Shown: positions 48,301 through 59,100, numbered from the stretch's first letter. The stretch is DNA of 64,000 nt from Candidatus Multivorans sp. (GCA_965216125.1 OZ244152.1:2755035-2819034); one strand, 5' to 3'. Translations and numbers: made by a program. Notes: generated from the sequence alone by a model not told the origin.

Positions 48301-48881
48301 ACGGCTTGACCGAGGTCGACATCTCGTTTGCGGACCGCAGGGGACGGGTCGAGGGCATGGTGACCCTTGACGGAGTTCCACTGGCCGACGAGGGAGTCTT
48401 CGTGAGCGCCCAACGCGAGGCAATGACCTGGACGGTTCGTACAGACCATCGGGGTGAGTTCGTCGTCGACGGTCTCAAGGTCGGCGACGAGATTGCTGTT
48501 GCGGCGGTGGGCAAGAGCCGGACCGTCCGGGCAACCGAGACGGCAAGGGTGAATCTGGAGGCGAGGAGTGCCGTGGTAAGGGGCCGGCTCGTGGACTCGG
48601 AGACCGGCCTGCCGGCTGCCGGGCTGCGGATCGCCGCGGTGCCATTGCTGAGTACGGATCTGGTCGAGGTAGCCGATGCGGCCAGGCGCCGGATGTCCAC
48701 TCGTACCGCCGCGGACGGATCCTTCGTGCTCGACGGGCTCTTCGCGGTGCCGTACCGGTTGGAGATTCGTCCCCCGGGATTCGACGTGTCTGCCGAAACC
48801 ATGGTCGGTTCCTCGGATGTCGACCTGGCCAGCGGCGACCTGGACGTGACGCTGGCTGTTCGAGCGCCGGTGGATCAATGA
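45360..48881 (+). CDS. Large secreted protein made of repeated carboxypeptidase-regulatory-like (CarboxypepD_reg/Cna-B-like) beta-sandwich domains
   Basis: Signal peptide. At least eight repeats of the pattern GRV.D..G.PVAGA.V...([50 protein letters not shown], and others). Confidence 0.7.
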   Translation: MQRRVLDSIGFLAAMGLAAGLSWAGRASASVEVRGSVEGAGAASAEVILVAARPLYDLLAAVLADDPAGLYPVETTLRAVDGRFAFESAEPDVRWVAVRRGGSVDKALLLVGPQTDTLLRPLPAGRDAFCTLSLVTPGSAWVVAGRSLRDLRYSRSWNTWPPLRRLEAGRATRYEFDAGRRIRFDSGVPRDFVTLAVGAPGYEPAAVECESGASVSVELERTEARVVQGQLRRDGSPLAKAILVRADGWPAAATDETGRYRAPAGAYTVLGPDGSMDGVELADGVAELTASAPTPARVQMEGVDGGPPPVLVAHWTSSDALLAVDRGRPQSVRFQVGAAPGVARTTVLAGRFAPLTVTWSGRPVALSLEPLRRLEGVTTDLVGAPVGGAEVSVTGSGVTSFGVSDDAGRFLVEYAELLSRSRLVARAAGYRETSTELDDVLSRAAPERIVVEMATTPAIVGRLVSAASGGAVRGTVGLALAPAVSSFVGDVGLWDLRDPMVLRVLGTGDDGMFRLDPVNKEHVRLLAAAPGHGTTWRRLPDPLPGARGDQDLGDLVLEPELVLRGRVIDEDGAPVAGATVDFGTAARFRMGAGSAVVADVATDESGRFRIASLTPRDAVSLSVRALGFVTARLPRLTLDVLDVEEVEVRLRRAMELSGRVVDEVTGEGIEGVQLRFDQTVRDGDAHAESDENGDFVLGGFPAGAGVLTARASGYERLERSVAEVSTDPLELVLRPRPEIDVLGVVVRDGAPVAGASVRVRSVVSVTDAAGRFALKSSPGRTSLECRVPGAARPSRRDIDVTASLGEITIDVTPVTVRGRVTGPDGMPVPAALVRVLRGETDLFPFGRGDAQTGPDGDFELQIEPGRYRLRARRNNARGPEVEVSAVAGDEPYVELTVPAPWLLRVRTLGLSIVEAAEVEVSVRASFEQGGTMWIGMRRVTGGTEVEPVFEAEIGNWGAATVVAIATVGDRSRRTPLQLAPDGLTEVDISFADRRGRVEGMVTLDGVPLADEGVFVSAQREAMTWTVRTDHRGEFVVDGLKVGDEIAVAAVGKSRTVRATETARVNLEARSAVVRGRLVDSETGLPAAGLRIAAVPLLSTDLVEVADAARRRMSTRTAADGSFVLDGLFAVPYRLEIRPPGFDVSAETMVGSSDVDLASGDLDVTLAVRAPVDQ

Positions 48882-48929
48882 TCCCTGCGGCGTTGGCGCG
48901 TGATGGTGAGAAGCCCCGGCGACAGGGCG

Positions 48930-49292
48930 TCAGCGCTTCACGAGCCACCGCGCCTCGGCATTGAGCGTCCGCGCGAAGCGGCCGTTCTCGGCTTGCAGGC
49001 GCTCCCACTCGTCCGCGGTGTACACGAGCAGATCGGTTGGAATCGGTAGTTTCTCCGTCGCCCAGTCACCGGCTCTGTCCATCCCGGGCCGATCGTCCCG
49101 CAGGACGATCGCGATCAGATCCAGGTCGCTGCCGAAGCCCGCGTCGCCACGGGCGTAGGAGCCGAAGTAGCCGAGGGCCACGAGATCGTCTCGACGCTCG
49201 GCCGCCGCTTCGCCCCAGTCTTCCAGGGCGCTGAGGACAACCTCAGCGTTCGGCCAGCGCTTGATCGACGAAGTCGAGGATGTGACGGGCAT
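48930..49292 (-). CDS. Nucleotidyltransferase (MNT/MntA-like) antitoxin of a HEPN/MNT pair
   Basis: GSYARGDAGFGSDLDLIAI nucleotidyltransferase motif (GS..DxD). 120 aa. Overlaps the upstream HEPN ORF. Confidence 0.7.
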   Translation of the reverse strand: MPVTSSTSSIKRWPNAEVVLSALEDWGEAAAERRDDLVALGYFGSYARGDAGFGSDLDLIAIVLRDDRPGMDRAGDWATEKLPIPTDLLVYTADEWERLQAENGRFARTLNAEARWLVKR

Positions 49293-49632
49293 GGGTCAGC
49301 CCCAGTTCGCTCTGGATCGGACCGTAGTGTTCGAACGGCGCGCCTTCGGGATGTCCGTTCGGATACCGGGCCGGCACGTAGAAGTTGTCCAGTACCGTAC
49401 CGCTGGCGATGAGTTCTTCGGGCGCCGGCGTGGGCAGGTCGCCCAGTAGGCGGGCCACGACACGGCCCCAGGCCTCCTGGCCGTGGGCGAGGTGCAGGGC
49501 TTTGACAGCCTTCTCCGCGGCCTGGTGAGTGGCGAAGCAGGCCCATTCGTGACGGCCGTTCGTTCGGTTCTCCGCGGCGGTCTCCAGGTCGCGTTGTGCC
49601 TGGTTCCACCAGTCCTGCGATCGCTGTGCCAT
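49243..49632 (-). CDS. HEPN-domain protein (HepT-like toxin candidate)
   Basis: 129 aa. HEPN hallmarks WACFATHQAAEKAVKA and NFYVPARYPN. Confidence 0.7.
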   Translation of the reverse strand: MAQRSQDWWNQAQRDLETAAENRTNGRHEWACFATHQAAEKAVKALHLAHGQEAWGRVVARLLGDLPTPAPEELIASGTVLDNFYVPARYPNGHPEGAPFEHYGPIQSELGLTHARHILDFVDQALAER

Positions 49633-49688
49633 GTTGTCGCCTCGGGAGGGAGTCTACTGGTCGGGCGCCCGCCAATAGACTCCGGCTC

Positions 49689-50714
49689 ATGGCGGAGCGC
49701 GTTCTGGTAACCGGCGGGGCCGGTTTCATCGGCAGCCACACCTGCGTGGAGCTGCTGGCGGCCGGCTGGGACGTGACCGTCGTCGACGATCTGTCCAACA
49801 GTTCGCCGGAGGCGCTGCGGCGGGTCCAGGAACTCGCGGGGCGCGGGCTGCGGTTCGTCGAAGGAGACATACTGGACGACGCTGCGCTGGAGAAGGCTCT
49901 CGGCGATGGCGGCTGCTCGGCGGTGATCCACTTCGCGGCGAAGAAGGCGGTTGGCGAGTCCTGCGCGGATCCACTCGGCTACTACCGCACCAATGTGGGC
50001 GGCACGCTCAGTCTGTTGCGGGCGATGCGGCGACACGACGTGCGCCGGCTCGTGTTCTCGTCGTCGGCGACGGTCTATGGCGATCCGGCGCCGGTGGCGT
50101 GTCCGCTGTCCGAGGACGCGCCGCTCTCGGCGTCGAACCCGTACGGTCAGACGAAGCTCTGCGTCGAGCAGATGTTGCGCGATCTCGCGGCCTCGGAGAG
50201 CGGCTGGCACATCCTCTCGCTGCGCTACTTCAATCCCGCCGGGGCCCATCCAAGCGGCCGCATCGGTGAAGATCCGCGGGGCGTCCCCGAGAACCTGCTG
50301 CCGAGCGCGATGCAGGTTGCCGTCGGCAGGCTGCCGCGGCTTCGCGTCTTCGGGACGGACTATCCGACCCGCGACGGCACGGCGATCCGGGACTATCTCC
50401 ACGTGGTCGATGTCGCGACCGGGCACCTGCGGGCGCTGGACCATCTGCCCTCGGTTGCCGGCTGCGCCGAGTACAACCTGGGCACCGGTCGCGGCGCCAC
50501 GGTGTTCGAGGTGATCGAGGCCGTGCGCCGGGCCAGCGGCCGTGAGGTGCCATGCGTTCTGGAGCCGCGGCGGGCGGGTGACGCAACGGCCGTCTGGGCG
50601 GATCCCGCGCTCGCCGAGCGCGAGCTGAACTGGAAGGCGGAGCGCGGTCTCGACGACATCTGCGTCGACGCCTGGCGCTGGCAGAGCGAGAACCCGGAGG
50701 GGTACGGAACGTGA
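49689..50714 (+). CDS. galE: UDP-glucose 4-epimerase
   Basis: In-frame ATG giving MAERVLVTGGAGFIGSH. SDR catalytic YRTN..K region. SSSATVYG. NPAGAHPSGRIGEDP, typical of GalE. Confidence 0.9.
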   Translation: MAERVLVTGGAGFIGSHTCVELLAAGWDVTVVDDLSNSSPEALRRVQELAGRGLRFVEGDILDDAALEKALGDGGCSAVIHFAAKKAVGESCADPLGYYRTNVGGTLSLLRAMRRHDVRRLVFSSSATVYGDPAPVACPLSEDAPLSASNPYGQTKLCVEQMLRDLAASESGWHILSLRYFNPAGAHPSGRIGEDPRGVPENLLPSAMQVAVGRLPRLRVFGTDYPTRDGTAIRDYLHVVDVATGHLRALDHLPSVAGCAEYNLGTGRGATVFEVIEAVRRASGREVPCVLEPRRAGDATAVWADPALAERELNWKAERGLDDICVDAWRWQSENPEGYGT

Positions 50715-51391
50715 AGAGGGAGCGAATGCGGGGCGCCGATGACACGGCGCTCGAGGTGTTCGTGTACTACGACTTCGCCTCCTGCCTGAGCTACGTTGCC
50801 CATCGCGTGCTGGCGCGCCTGGACGACCAACTTGCGGAGGATCGGATCGACCTGCGCTGGAAGGCGATCGACCTCACCGGGATCGGCCGCTTCCAGCGCG
50901 GGCGGCTGCTCGATCCCGCGCGGCGGCGGAGTCTGATCGAGGTCTCGACGGCGCTCGACGTCGAGCTCGACCCGCCCGCTCGCTGGCCGGACTCGCGTCT
51001 GGCCGGCGAGGTTGCGGCTACGTTCGATATGGCAATCGACCGCGGACTCGACCGGGCGGTCGAGCGTGAGTGGCGGCAGGCCGCGTTCGCGGCGTTCTAC
51101 GAGCAGGTCGACGTGGCCGACGCAGTCGAGCACCTCTTCCACGACTTCGAACGCCGCGGCCACTTCGGGACGCACGGCGTCGCCTCGGTCGACGACCTGG
51201 CCGCGGGCCGCCGGCTGGCGGCTGCCACGCGGAGTGCCGTGGCCGCCGGCGTCGAGGGAGCGCCGACGCTGATGTTCGACGCCTTCCCGCTCTGCGGCAT
51301 CCACGACGAAGCCACGATGCTCGGGATGATCCAGCGCTACGCCCGCCGGCGCCGACGGTTGGAGGCTTCTGCGGCCATCGAGGTCAACTGA
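50711..51391 (+). CDS. DsbA-like thioredoxin-fold protein (DsbA/FrnE/HCCA-isomerase family; CxxC replaced by SCLS)
   Basis: The VFVYYDFASCLSYVAHRV N-terminus aligns with the DsbA-family VxVxxDFxCPWCY, but only one Cys is kept. GTG start overlapping the galE stop. Confidence 0.55.
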   Translation: MKRERMRGADDTALEVFVYYDFASCLSYVAHRVLARLDDQLAEDRIDLRWKAIDLTGIGRFQRGRLLDPARRRSLIEVSTALDVELDPPARWPDSRLAGEVAATFDMAIDRGLDRAVEREWRQAAFAAFYEQVDVADAVEHLFHDFERRGHFGTHGVASVDDLAAGRRLAAATRSAVAAGVEGAPTLMFDAFPLCGIHDEATMLGMIQRYARRRRRLEASAAIEVN

Positions 51392-53136
51392 TGGGCGTGG
51401 CGCGGCGAGAATGCGCGATCTTGTGGACGGTTGCCTTACTGACGGCTTCGGGTTGCGCCACGGAAGGTGATGATCCGACCTCCGCGTCGGTCGTGGACCC
51501 CTCGACGACCGCCGAGCCTGCGACGAAGATCGCTGCAGTCCGCTTCGTCGACGTGACCGCCGAGACCGGACTCGACTTCGTCCACGCCACGGGTTCGGCG
51601 GGGTCGTACCCGATGCCGGCGATCATGGGTGGCGGCGTCGCGGTCTTCGATGCCGACGGCGACGGTCTGCTCGACCTCTACTTCCCGAACGCGGGCAGCG
51701 CGGTGGCCGGCGAGGCGGGGCGCAATCGGCTCTACCTGCAGCGGCCGCGAGGCCGCTTCGTCGACGCGACCGCGAGCTCCGGGCTCGATAACCCCGGCTT
51801 CGGCATGGGCGCCGCGGTGGCCGACATCGACAACGACGGCGACCTCGACCTCTACGTGACCAACTTCGGCGCCGATGTCCTGTACCGGAACGAGGGCGGC
51901 GGCCGCTTCGTCGACGCGACGGCTGCGCTCGGTCTGGCGACGCCGGAGTGGTCCACGTCCGCCGTGTTCTTCGACGCCGACCTCGACGGCTGGCTCGACC
52001 TGTACGTGGCTCGCTACGTCCGGTGGAACGAGGCGCGCGAGTGCCAGGTGCAGGGCGGGCGGGTCGATTACTGCGGCCCGCAGCAGTTCGAGGGCGAGGC
52101 GGACGTGTTCTACGTCAACGAGGGGGGGCGGCGCTTCGTCGACCGCAGCAGGAATGCCGGTGTGTCGCTGATCGCGGACGCCGGCCTTGGCGTTGCGGCC
52201 GTCGACTTCGACGATGACGGACGGGCCGACGTGTACGTCGCCAACGACGCCGACCCGAACCAGCTCTGGATCAACCGGGGCGACGGCCGCCTCGAGGACG
52301 ACGCGGTGCTGCTCGGAGCGGCCTACAATCGGTTCGGTGTCGGCGAGGCGGGCATGGGCATAGCACTGGGTGACATCGACGGCGACCTGGACCTCGACCT
52401 GTTCCTGAGCCACCTGATCGAGGAGACGAACACCCTGTACGTGAACCTCGGGGGCGCGCCGGGCGCCTCCGATGGTTTCGACGACCTGGCGGCCGAGGCG
52501 GGACTGGCCGCGCCGAGTACGCCGTTCACGGGCTTCGGCACCGCGTTCTTCGACGCCGACAACGACGGCGACCTCGACCTCGCCGTGGTCAACGGCGCGG
52601 TGAAGCGGCGGCCGGCCGCGCTCTCGAACCGTGACGACTGGTTCTGGCGCGGCTACGCGGAACCGAACCTGCTGATGCTGGGCGATGGCGCGGGCGCCTT
52701 CGTCGACGTCAGCGCCGGCTCGGGCGACTTCGGCGCGGCGCTGAACGTGAGTCGGGCTCTGGTCCCCTTCGACCTGGAGGGCGACGGCGACCTCGACTTC
52801 CTGGTCAGCAACCTGGAGGGGCCGGCGCGCATCTACCGCAATGAGTCGACCGCAGGTCCGGCCGGCTGGGTGAGTCTGCGGGTCGTCGATCCCACGTTGC
52901 GGCGCACTGCCCTCGGCGCCTCGGTCGTGGCCTGGATCTCTGGCAGGCCGGTTCGGCGCCGCGTGTTGCCGTTGGGCGGCTACATGACCGGCGGCGAAGC
53001 GCCTGTTCACATCGGCCTCGGCCACGCCGCGGGAGTGGAGCGCTTCGAAGTGACCTGGCCCGGCGGCGCCGTCGAGGAGTTCGACGGCGCTTCGAGCGGC
53101 AACGAAGTCGTCCTCGCTCGCGGAGATGGCCGATGA
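51391..53136 (+). CDS. Lipoprotein of the FG-GAP/ASPIC-UnbV (CRTAC1-like) repeat family
   Basis: Lipobox LLTASGC. Repeated DxDGDGxLDLY..N motifs (FDADGDGLLDLYFPNAG, DIDNDGDLDLYVTNFGADVLYRNEGGGRFVD, and others). C-terminal UnbV_ASPIC-like region. Confidence 0.75.
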   Translation: MGVARRECAILWTVALLTASGCATEGDDPTSASVVDPSTTAEPATKIAAVRFVDVTAETGLDFVHATGSAGSYPMPAIMGGGVAVFDADGDGLLDLYFPNAGSAVAGEAGRNRLYLQRPRGRFVDATASSGLDNPGFGMGAAVADIDNDGDLDLYVTNFGADVLYRNEGGGRFVDATAALGLATPEWSTSAVFFDADLDGWLDLYVARYVRWNEARECQVQGGRVDYCGPQQFEGEADVFYVNEGGRRFVDRSRNAGVSLIADAGLGVAAVDFDDDGRADVYVANDADPNQLWINRGDGRLEDDAVLLGAAYNRFGVGEAGMGIALGDIDGDLDLDLFLSHLIEETNTLYVNLGGAPGASDGFDDLAAEAGLAAPSTPFTGFGTAFFDADNDGDLDLAVVNGAVKRRPAALSNRDDWFWRGYAEPNLLMLGDGAGAFVDVSAGSGDFGAALNVSRALVPFDLEGDGDLDFLVSNLEGPARIYRNESTAGPAGWVSLRVVDPTLRRTALGASVVAWISGRPVRRRVLPLGGYMTGGEAPVHIGLGHAAGVERFEVTWPGGAVEEFDGASSGNEVVLARGDGR

Positions 53137-54566
53137 GAATTACTGCGTGCGCCGGCGCCCCCGCCGGCATCCGGCCGCAGCGATGCGGCACCGATTACAG
53201 CAGCGAGGTCCATCACCGCCGGCGCCGTATCTCTGGGTGCGCGGGCCTTCCGGCCCGCATCCGGCTGTTCAGCACTGTGGTTGCGGCTTTTCTCGCCACC
53301 GCCATTCAAGCCGCCGAACTCCCCACCCCCGACCTCACAGCCGTCGAACCCCGCGTCCGCTCCGCGATCGAGGCCGAACTTGGAGCCGCCCGCCGCCAAC
53401 CCGAGTCGGCGGCGGCCTGGGGCCGCCTCGGCATGGTCCTCCAGGCCCACCAGTTCGACGATGAGGCGGCCGCCGTCTATACCGAGGCCGCCCGTCTCGC
53501 GCCCACCGATTTCCGCTGGGTCTACCTGCTGGGCGTTCTCGCCGATGCGCACGACCCGACCGCCGCCGTGCGCCTCTACCGGCAGGCAGTCGAGATCGAC
53601 CCCGGCTACGCGCCCGCACGCGTACGGCTCGCCGCGAGCCTGGAGAAAGTGGGTCAGGCCGGTGAAGCGGACACCCACTACCAGCAGGCGGCCCGCCTGG
53701 AACCCGACAACGCGGTGGCGCATCTCGGCCTGGGCCGGCTGGCGCTCGCCCGCGGCGAGGTCGACCAGGCCGTGCGGCATCTGGAACGCGCCTACCAGTT
53801 GAGCCCCGAAACCCAGGCGATCGTTGCCACGTTGTCGCGCGCCCGTCACCGGGCAGGCGATCGGGATAGCGCACGGCGTCTGGCGCAGGCGGCGCGCGGG
53901 CTGCCGCCGATGATCCACCACCGCGACCCGCGCCGGGCCGAGGTCGACGTCCTGGCGGTGGACTCGGAGAGCTTCCTGCGCCGCAGCAAGACCTACCGGG
54001 AGACGGGCCAGTTGCAGGCTTCGCTCGCGGAACTTCTCCGGCTGATCGAGTTCGAGCCCGGCAACGCCCAGGCCCACTTCGCCGCCGCCGGCGTCTACGA
54101 CCGGATGAACCGGCCGCGGGAAGCGGCGTCGTCGGCGCGCCGCGCGCTCGAAATCGACGGCGACCTTGCCGGCGGCCGCGCGGTGCTGGCGGGCGCCCTG
54201 TTCAAGCTGGGGCGTTTCGAGCAGGCCGCGGTCGAGGCGGAGCGGGTGCTGGCGGACGATCCCGCCGATGTCCACATGCTGCTCGTGACCACGATGCTGG
54301 CGATGAGAGCCAACGATGTCGGCCGCGCGCTCGAACGGCTGGACCGGGCGGCCGCCGCCGGCGCCTCGGAGCCCCATCTGCGTGATCTGATGGTCCAGCT
54401 TCAACTGGAGCTGGCCGACGCCCTGGCAGGCGCCGGTCTCTACGACGACGCGGGACGGCGGATCGAGCAGGTGATCGAAACGCTGGAGCGGGCCGGTACC
54501 GGCGAGGCGGAGCTCCGACGGTTCCGGCAGCGGCTCGAGGACTACCGAGGGAAGGTGCGCGGATGA
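53133..54566 (+). CDS. Tetratricopeptide-repeat (TPR) protein; start uncertain
   Basis: Multiple 34-residue A/L/Y-rich repeats (AAWGRLGMVLQAHQFDDEAAAVYTEAARLAP.., and others). ATGA overlaps at both ends. Confidence 0.6.
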   Translation: MRITACAGAPAGIRPQRCGTDYSSEVHHRRRRISGCAGLPARIRLFSTVVAAFLATAIQAAELPTPDLTAVEPRVRSAIEAELGAARRQPESAAAWGRLGMVLQAHQFDDEAAAVYTEAARLAPTDFRWVYLLGVLADAHDPTAAVRLYRQAVEIDPGYAPARVRLAASLEKVGQAGEADTHYQQAARLEPDNAVAHLGLGRLALARGEVDQAVRHLERAYQLSPETQAIVATLSRARHRAGDRDSARRLAQAARGLPPMIHHRDPRRAEVDVLAVDSESFLRRSKTYRETGQLQASLAELLRLIEFEPGNAQAHFAAAGVYDRMNRPREAASSARRALEIDGDLAGGRAVLAGALFKLGRFEQAAVEAERVLADDPADVHMLLVTTMLAMRANDVGRALERLDRAAAAGASEPHLRDLMVQLQLELADALAGAGLYDDAGRRIEQVIETLERAGTGEAELRRFRQRLEDYRGKVRG

Positions 54567-56056
54567 GTGATTCGGGACTCGGGGCCAGCGCTCCGGTGCG
54601 GGTGCGCGTGGCGCCGTCGCCGACCGGCGACCCGCACGTCGGCACCGCCTACCAGGCGCTGGTCAACCTGGCCTTCGCGCGCAGCCGTGGCGGCGCCTTC
54701 GTGCTTCGGATCGAGGACACGGACCGTGCCCGCTCGAGCCGCGTGTCGGAGGCCGCGATACTCGACGCCCTGCGCTGGCTGGGTCTCAACTGGGACGAGG
54801 GCCCCTACCGCCAGAGCGAGCGCCTGGATCTCTACCGCGGCGAGGTCGACCGGCTGCTGGCTGAGGGCAGCGCCTACCGCTGCTTCTGCACCCGGGAGCG
54901 GCTGGACGAGATGCGGCGCGAGAACCGGGCGCAGCAGCGCTTCCCCGGCTACGACCGCCGCTGCCGGAACCTCTCGCGTGAAGAGGCGGACCGGAGAGCC
55001 GCCGCCGGTGAAGAGCACGTCGTGCGGATCGGGATGCCGACCGAAGGCGAATGCGTGATGCAGGACCTCCTGCGCGGCGAGATCCGGCGCGAGTGGGAAC
55101 TGATCGACGACCAGGTGATCCTCAAGGCCGACGGCTACCCGACCTACCACCTGGCGTGCGTGGTCGACGATCACGCAATGTCGATCAGCCATGTGATCCG
55201 CGGTGAGGAGTGGATCAACTCGCTGCCGAAGCACCTGCGGCTCTACGAGGCGCTCGGCTACGAGCCGCCGACGTTCTGCCACCTGCCGCTGCTCCGCAAC
55301 AACGACGCGAACCGCACCAAGCTCTCGAAGCGGCGCAACCCGACCTCGATCACCTGGTTCCGGGACGCCGGCTTCCTGCCCCAGGCGCTGCTCAACTTCC
55401 TGGGGCTCATGGTGTCGAGCCGGTCGGAAGGCGAGGAGAAGTTCACCTTCGACCAGCTCGCGGACGGCTTCACCTTGGAAGACATCTCACTCGGCGGTCC
55501 CGTCTTCGACCTCGACAAGCTGCGCTGGCTGAACGCCCGCTACCTGCGCGAGGACTACGACGCGGACGGTCTGGCGGCGCTCGTGCGCGAGTGGTCGATG
55601 GCGGAGGAACGGCTTGCCGGGATCGCCGCCCTGGCCCAGCCGCGGCTCGAGACGCTCGGCGACTGGGGCCGGCTCACGAACTTCCTGTTCGTCGATGCGC
55701 CGGAGGTGGAGCGGGAGAAGCTGGCCGTCAAGGGTCTCGAAGAGGTCCAGGTCGCCGAAGCGTTGCAGTGCGTGCTCTGGGTGCTCGAACGCGAGCAGAC
55801 CTTCACCGCCGAGGTCATCCAAGGCCAGTTCCGGCGGCTGTCCGAGGCGCTCGGCATCAGCCTGCGCGATCTGACCCGGCCCTTCTACGTGGCGATGTCG
55901 GGCGAGACGGCATCCCTGCCGCTGTTCCAGTCGATGGAGATCCTGGGCCCCGACCTCGTGCGGGCGCGAATCCGCCGAGCCATCGAGGCCCTCGGCGGCA
56001 TCTCGGGCAAGCGGATGAAGAAGCTGCAGAAGCAGTTGGATCAGATCAGCTTGTAA
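54563..56056 (+). CDS. gltX: Glutamate--tRNA ligase
   Basis: Class-I HIGH (PSPTGDPHVGTA) and KMSKS-like (KLSKR) motifs. RIEDTDRARS. Confidence 0.9.
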   Translation: MSDSGLGASAPVRVRVAPSPTGDPHVGTAYQALVNLAFARSRGGAFVLRIEDTDRARSSRVSEAAILDALRWLGLNWDEGPYRQSERLDLYRGEVDRLLAEGSAYRCFCTRERLDEMRRENRAQQRFPGYDRRCRNLSREEADRRAAAGEEHVVRIGMPTEGECVMQDLLRGEIRREWELIDDQVILKADGYPTYHLACVVDDHAMSISHVIRGEEWINSLPKHLRLYEALGYEPPTFCHLPLLRNNDANRTKLSKRRNPTSITWFRDAGFLPQALLNFLGLMVSSRSEGEEKFTFDQLADGFTLEDISLGGPVFDLDKLRWLNARYLREDYDADGLAALVREWSMAEERLAGIAALAQPRLETLGDWGRLTNFLFVDAPEVEREKLAVKGLEEVQVAEALQCVLWVLEREQTFTAEVIQGQFRRLSEALGISLRDLTRPFYVAMSGETASLPLFQSMEILGPDLVRARIRRAIEALGGISGKRMKKLQKQLDQISL

Positions 56057-56100
56057 CCTGCCTCCCGAGCGCCCTGTTCATCGCTGTCAGCGTCGCTACA

Positions 56101-59100
56101 ATGGCCCGCCGTCGAGGTTGCCGACGACGCCGATTTGCCCCCGTGCTGGTCCATCCGATCCACCGCCGCTACTTTGCGGAAGAACTCGTCCGCGTGCGGC
56201 GCGCCGGCGAGCGCCGCCGGCAGGTGGCTTCGCAACGTCGTGCGCGTGTCGATCCGAATCCGCACCAGATCGACGCGGTCATGTTCGCGCTGCGCCGCAT
56301 CCCGGAAGGCGGCTGCATCCTTGCCGACGAAGTAGGTCTCGGCAAGACCGTCGAGGCTGGCCTTGTCATCGCTCAACTGCTCGCCGAGGGCGCCAAGAGG
56401 ATCCTCATCGTCCTGCCTCGGCCCCTGCTGGGCCAGTGGCAGAGTGAGCTCTACACGTTGTTCGGGATCGAAGCGGTCGAAGCGGCGGACACCGCGGTCG
56501 ATGTCGCCGCCGCCGGTGTCTTTCTCGCCGGGCGCGAGTATGCGGGCGGCGACGCGGGGTTCGAGCGTCTGCGCAAGTCGCCGCCGTTCGACCTGTGCCT
56601 GATCGACGAGGCCCACGAGGTCTTCGCAGCCGTCCACCGGCGCTTCGACCGCCACGGTGTGTACGATGAGAACAGCGGCTACGCGCGCACCGCGCACCGC
56701 CTTCGCAAGATCATCGGGGCGGCTCCTGTGCTGCTGCTGACCGCGACACCGATTCAAAACTCGCTCTCGGAGTTGTGGGGGCTGGTCCAGTACATCGACC
56801 GGACCGGCACTCTGCTGGGCACGAAACCCGTGTTCGAGGATGTCTTCTGCGCCGGCGGCGATGGGCGCCGTGTCGCCGCTGAGCAGGCGGTCGAACTCAA
56901 GCGCCGGCTTGGCGCCGTGGTCCAGCGCACACTCCGGCGTCAGGCGCAGGACTTCCTCGACAAACCGTTCGTCGGCCGGCGCGCACAGCTCTTCGAGTAC
57001 CGCATGAGTGCCGCGGAGCGCACTCTCTACGACGATGTGACGGACTACCTGCTTGAGCCCCGGCTCCATGCGTTTCGAGGCCGTTCGCGGCAGTTGCTGC
57101 TGCTCGGCTTCCACCGCCGCATGGCGTCGTCGACCGCGGCCTTCGCGCAGAGCCTCGAGCGTGTGGCCCAGCGACTGCGCAACATGCTCCAGAACCCTCA
57201 CGAGTCAGATGACGCGGACGCGGCGGTCGCGGTCTTGGCTGGCGACCTGGAGGAAGACCCCGCGGATCTCGCCGCCGTCGGAATCGTGACCGAGGTCGGG
57301 GAGGAGGCTGCGGCGGAGGCCGTGGAACAGCCCGCCCTCGATCTCGGCGCCGTGCGCCGCGAGCTGGCGCGGGTGGAGGACTTCGTCCGCCGCGCTCGGA
57401 GCCTGCCCCAGGACAGCAAGGCGGCGAGCTTGGTCAAGGCGGTGCGCCTCGTCAAGGCGCGGCCCAAGGATCGGCGCAAGGTGGTGATCTTCACCGAGTC
57501 GCTCACTACCCAGGACTACCTGCGACAGCTCCTGCTGGACCAGACCGACCTTGAGGATGGTGACATCACGTTGTTTCGCGGCGTCAACGACTCGGCCCGT
57601 GCCATGGCAGCCCTGCGGGTGTGGCGCGAAGAGGTCGAGTGTGACATCGCACAGCGCCTGCGACCGAGCGCGTCCGTGGCCGTGCGCCTCGCGCTTGTAC
57701 ACGAATTCCGCACGCGGGCCCAGGTGCTGATCTCGTCCGAGGCCGGGGCGAAGGGGTTGAATCTTCAGTTCTGCGACACCCTAGTGAACTACGACCTGCC
57801 CTGGAACCCGCAGCGCATCGAACAACGAATCGGCCGCTGCCACCGCTACGGGCAGAGGCGCGACGTGACGGTGATCAACTTCCTGGCCCGCGACAACGAG
57901 GCGCAGCGCCTGACCTTCGAGATCCTGAGCACCAAGCTCGACCTGTTCGGCAAAGTGCTCGACATGTCAGACGTGGTCTTGCAGACACCGAGGTCGGACT
58001 CGTCTGAGGAACTCGCCTCCGCGTTGGGCTCGGATTTCGAGACGCAGGTGCGCCGCATCTGGGACCGGGCGCGGTCCGTGCAGGAGGTCGAGGAGGAACT
58101 GCGTCGTCTGCGTGATGCCATGGAGGAGGGCCGTCGCCAACTCGAACAGGTGCGCAGGCGCACGGTGGGCCTGATCGAGAAGGGGCTGGACGAGTCGGTG
58201 CGGGCGGTCCTACGTAGCATTCAGGCCGAGTTGCCGGCGACGCTTGCCGAACTCGACGGCGAACTCGAACGAGTGCTGAGCGCCTATCTCGACGCCGCGG
58301 GCATCGCGTGGGGCGTGGGCGAGCGGGACGGACGTCGGGTCCTACATGTCGGCGCTTCGCGGCGGCTCCCCGAGGCCGTGGCCGACGGCGTCTCTGTGGC
58401 CTTGGGCGCCGCGCGCGACATCTCCGACATCGAGTCTCTGCATGTCGCCCATCCGCTGATCGAAGCCGCGGTGGCAGAGGCGCGAGCGGCGGGTTCGGGC
58501 AGTTTCCGGGTGCGGTTCGATCTTTCTGCCGAGGCGCCTGAGGCGCTCAGACGGCGCCGTGGCTGTCGCGGGCGTCTGGCTTTGACCCGGGTGGCGCACG
58601 CCGGCTTCGAGCGCGAGGAGCGGCTGTGCGTTGCGGCTGTGTTCGAGGACGCCGAAGTCCTGCGCCCTGCGGAAGCTGCAGTCGAACTGCTGCGCCAGCC
58701 CTGCGCCGACGTTGCCGCATTCACCCCGCCGCTGGCGTTTCCTCTCGACCATCTCGACGATGTGATCGAGGAGGAGTTGTTTCTCGATCAGAGCAGCGTC
58801 GCCGAAGACGACCAGGCGAGTTTTGAAGGCGCGATGGATCAACTCGACCAGTATCTTGCCGATCGCATGCTGGTGCTACGCCGGGACCGGGAACAGCACC
58901 GCAAGCGTCTTGCCGCTGCCGAGCGCCAGCGCGACCAAGCTCTTGGCGCCGAGAGTCGCGCCAAGGCCGAGGCCGGCGCGCGCGCTCTTGAAGCCGGCAT
59001 CGAAAGGCTGGACGCGCAGATCGAGGAGCTGGTCGCCGGCGACGATGAGACCTATCGGCGCTGGAGAGATCACGCTCACAGCCGCCGCTACGGCAGACCG

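Noticed and set aside
53133-53300. 5' end of the TPR gene as annotated (MRITACAGAPAG...)
   Set aside because: Not rejected as a gene, but the first 50 codons or so are Arg-rich and overlap the upstream gene. The true start is probably a downstream GTG or TTG preceding the hydrophobic segment LFSTVVAAFLATAIQAAE, so the 5' boundary is low-confidence.
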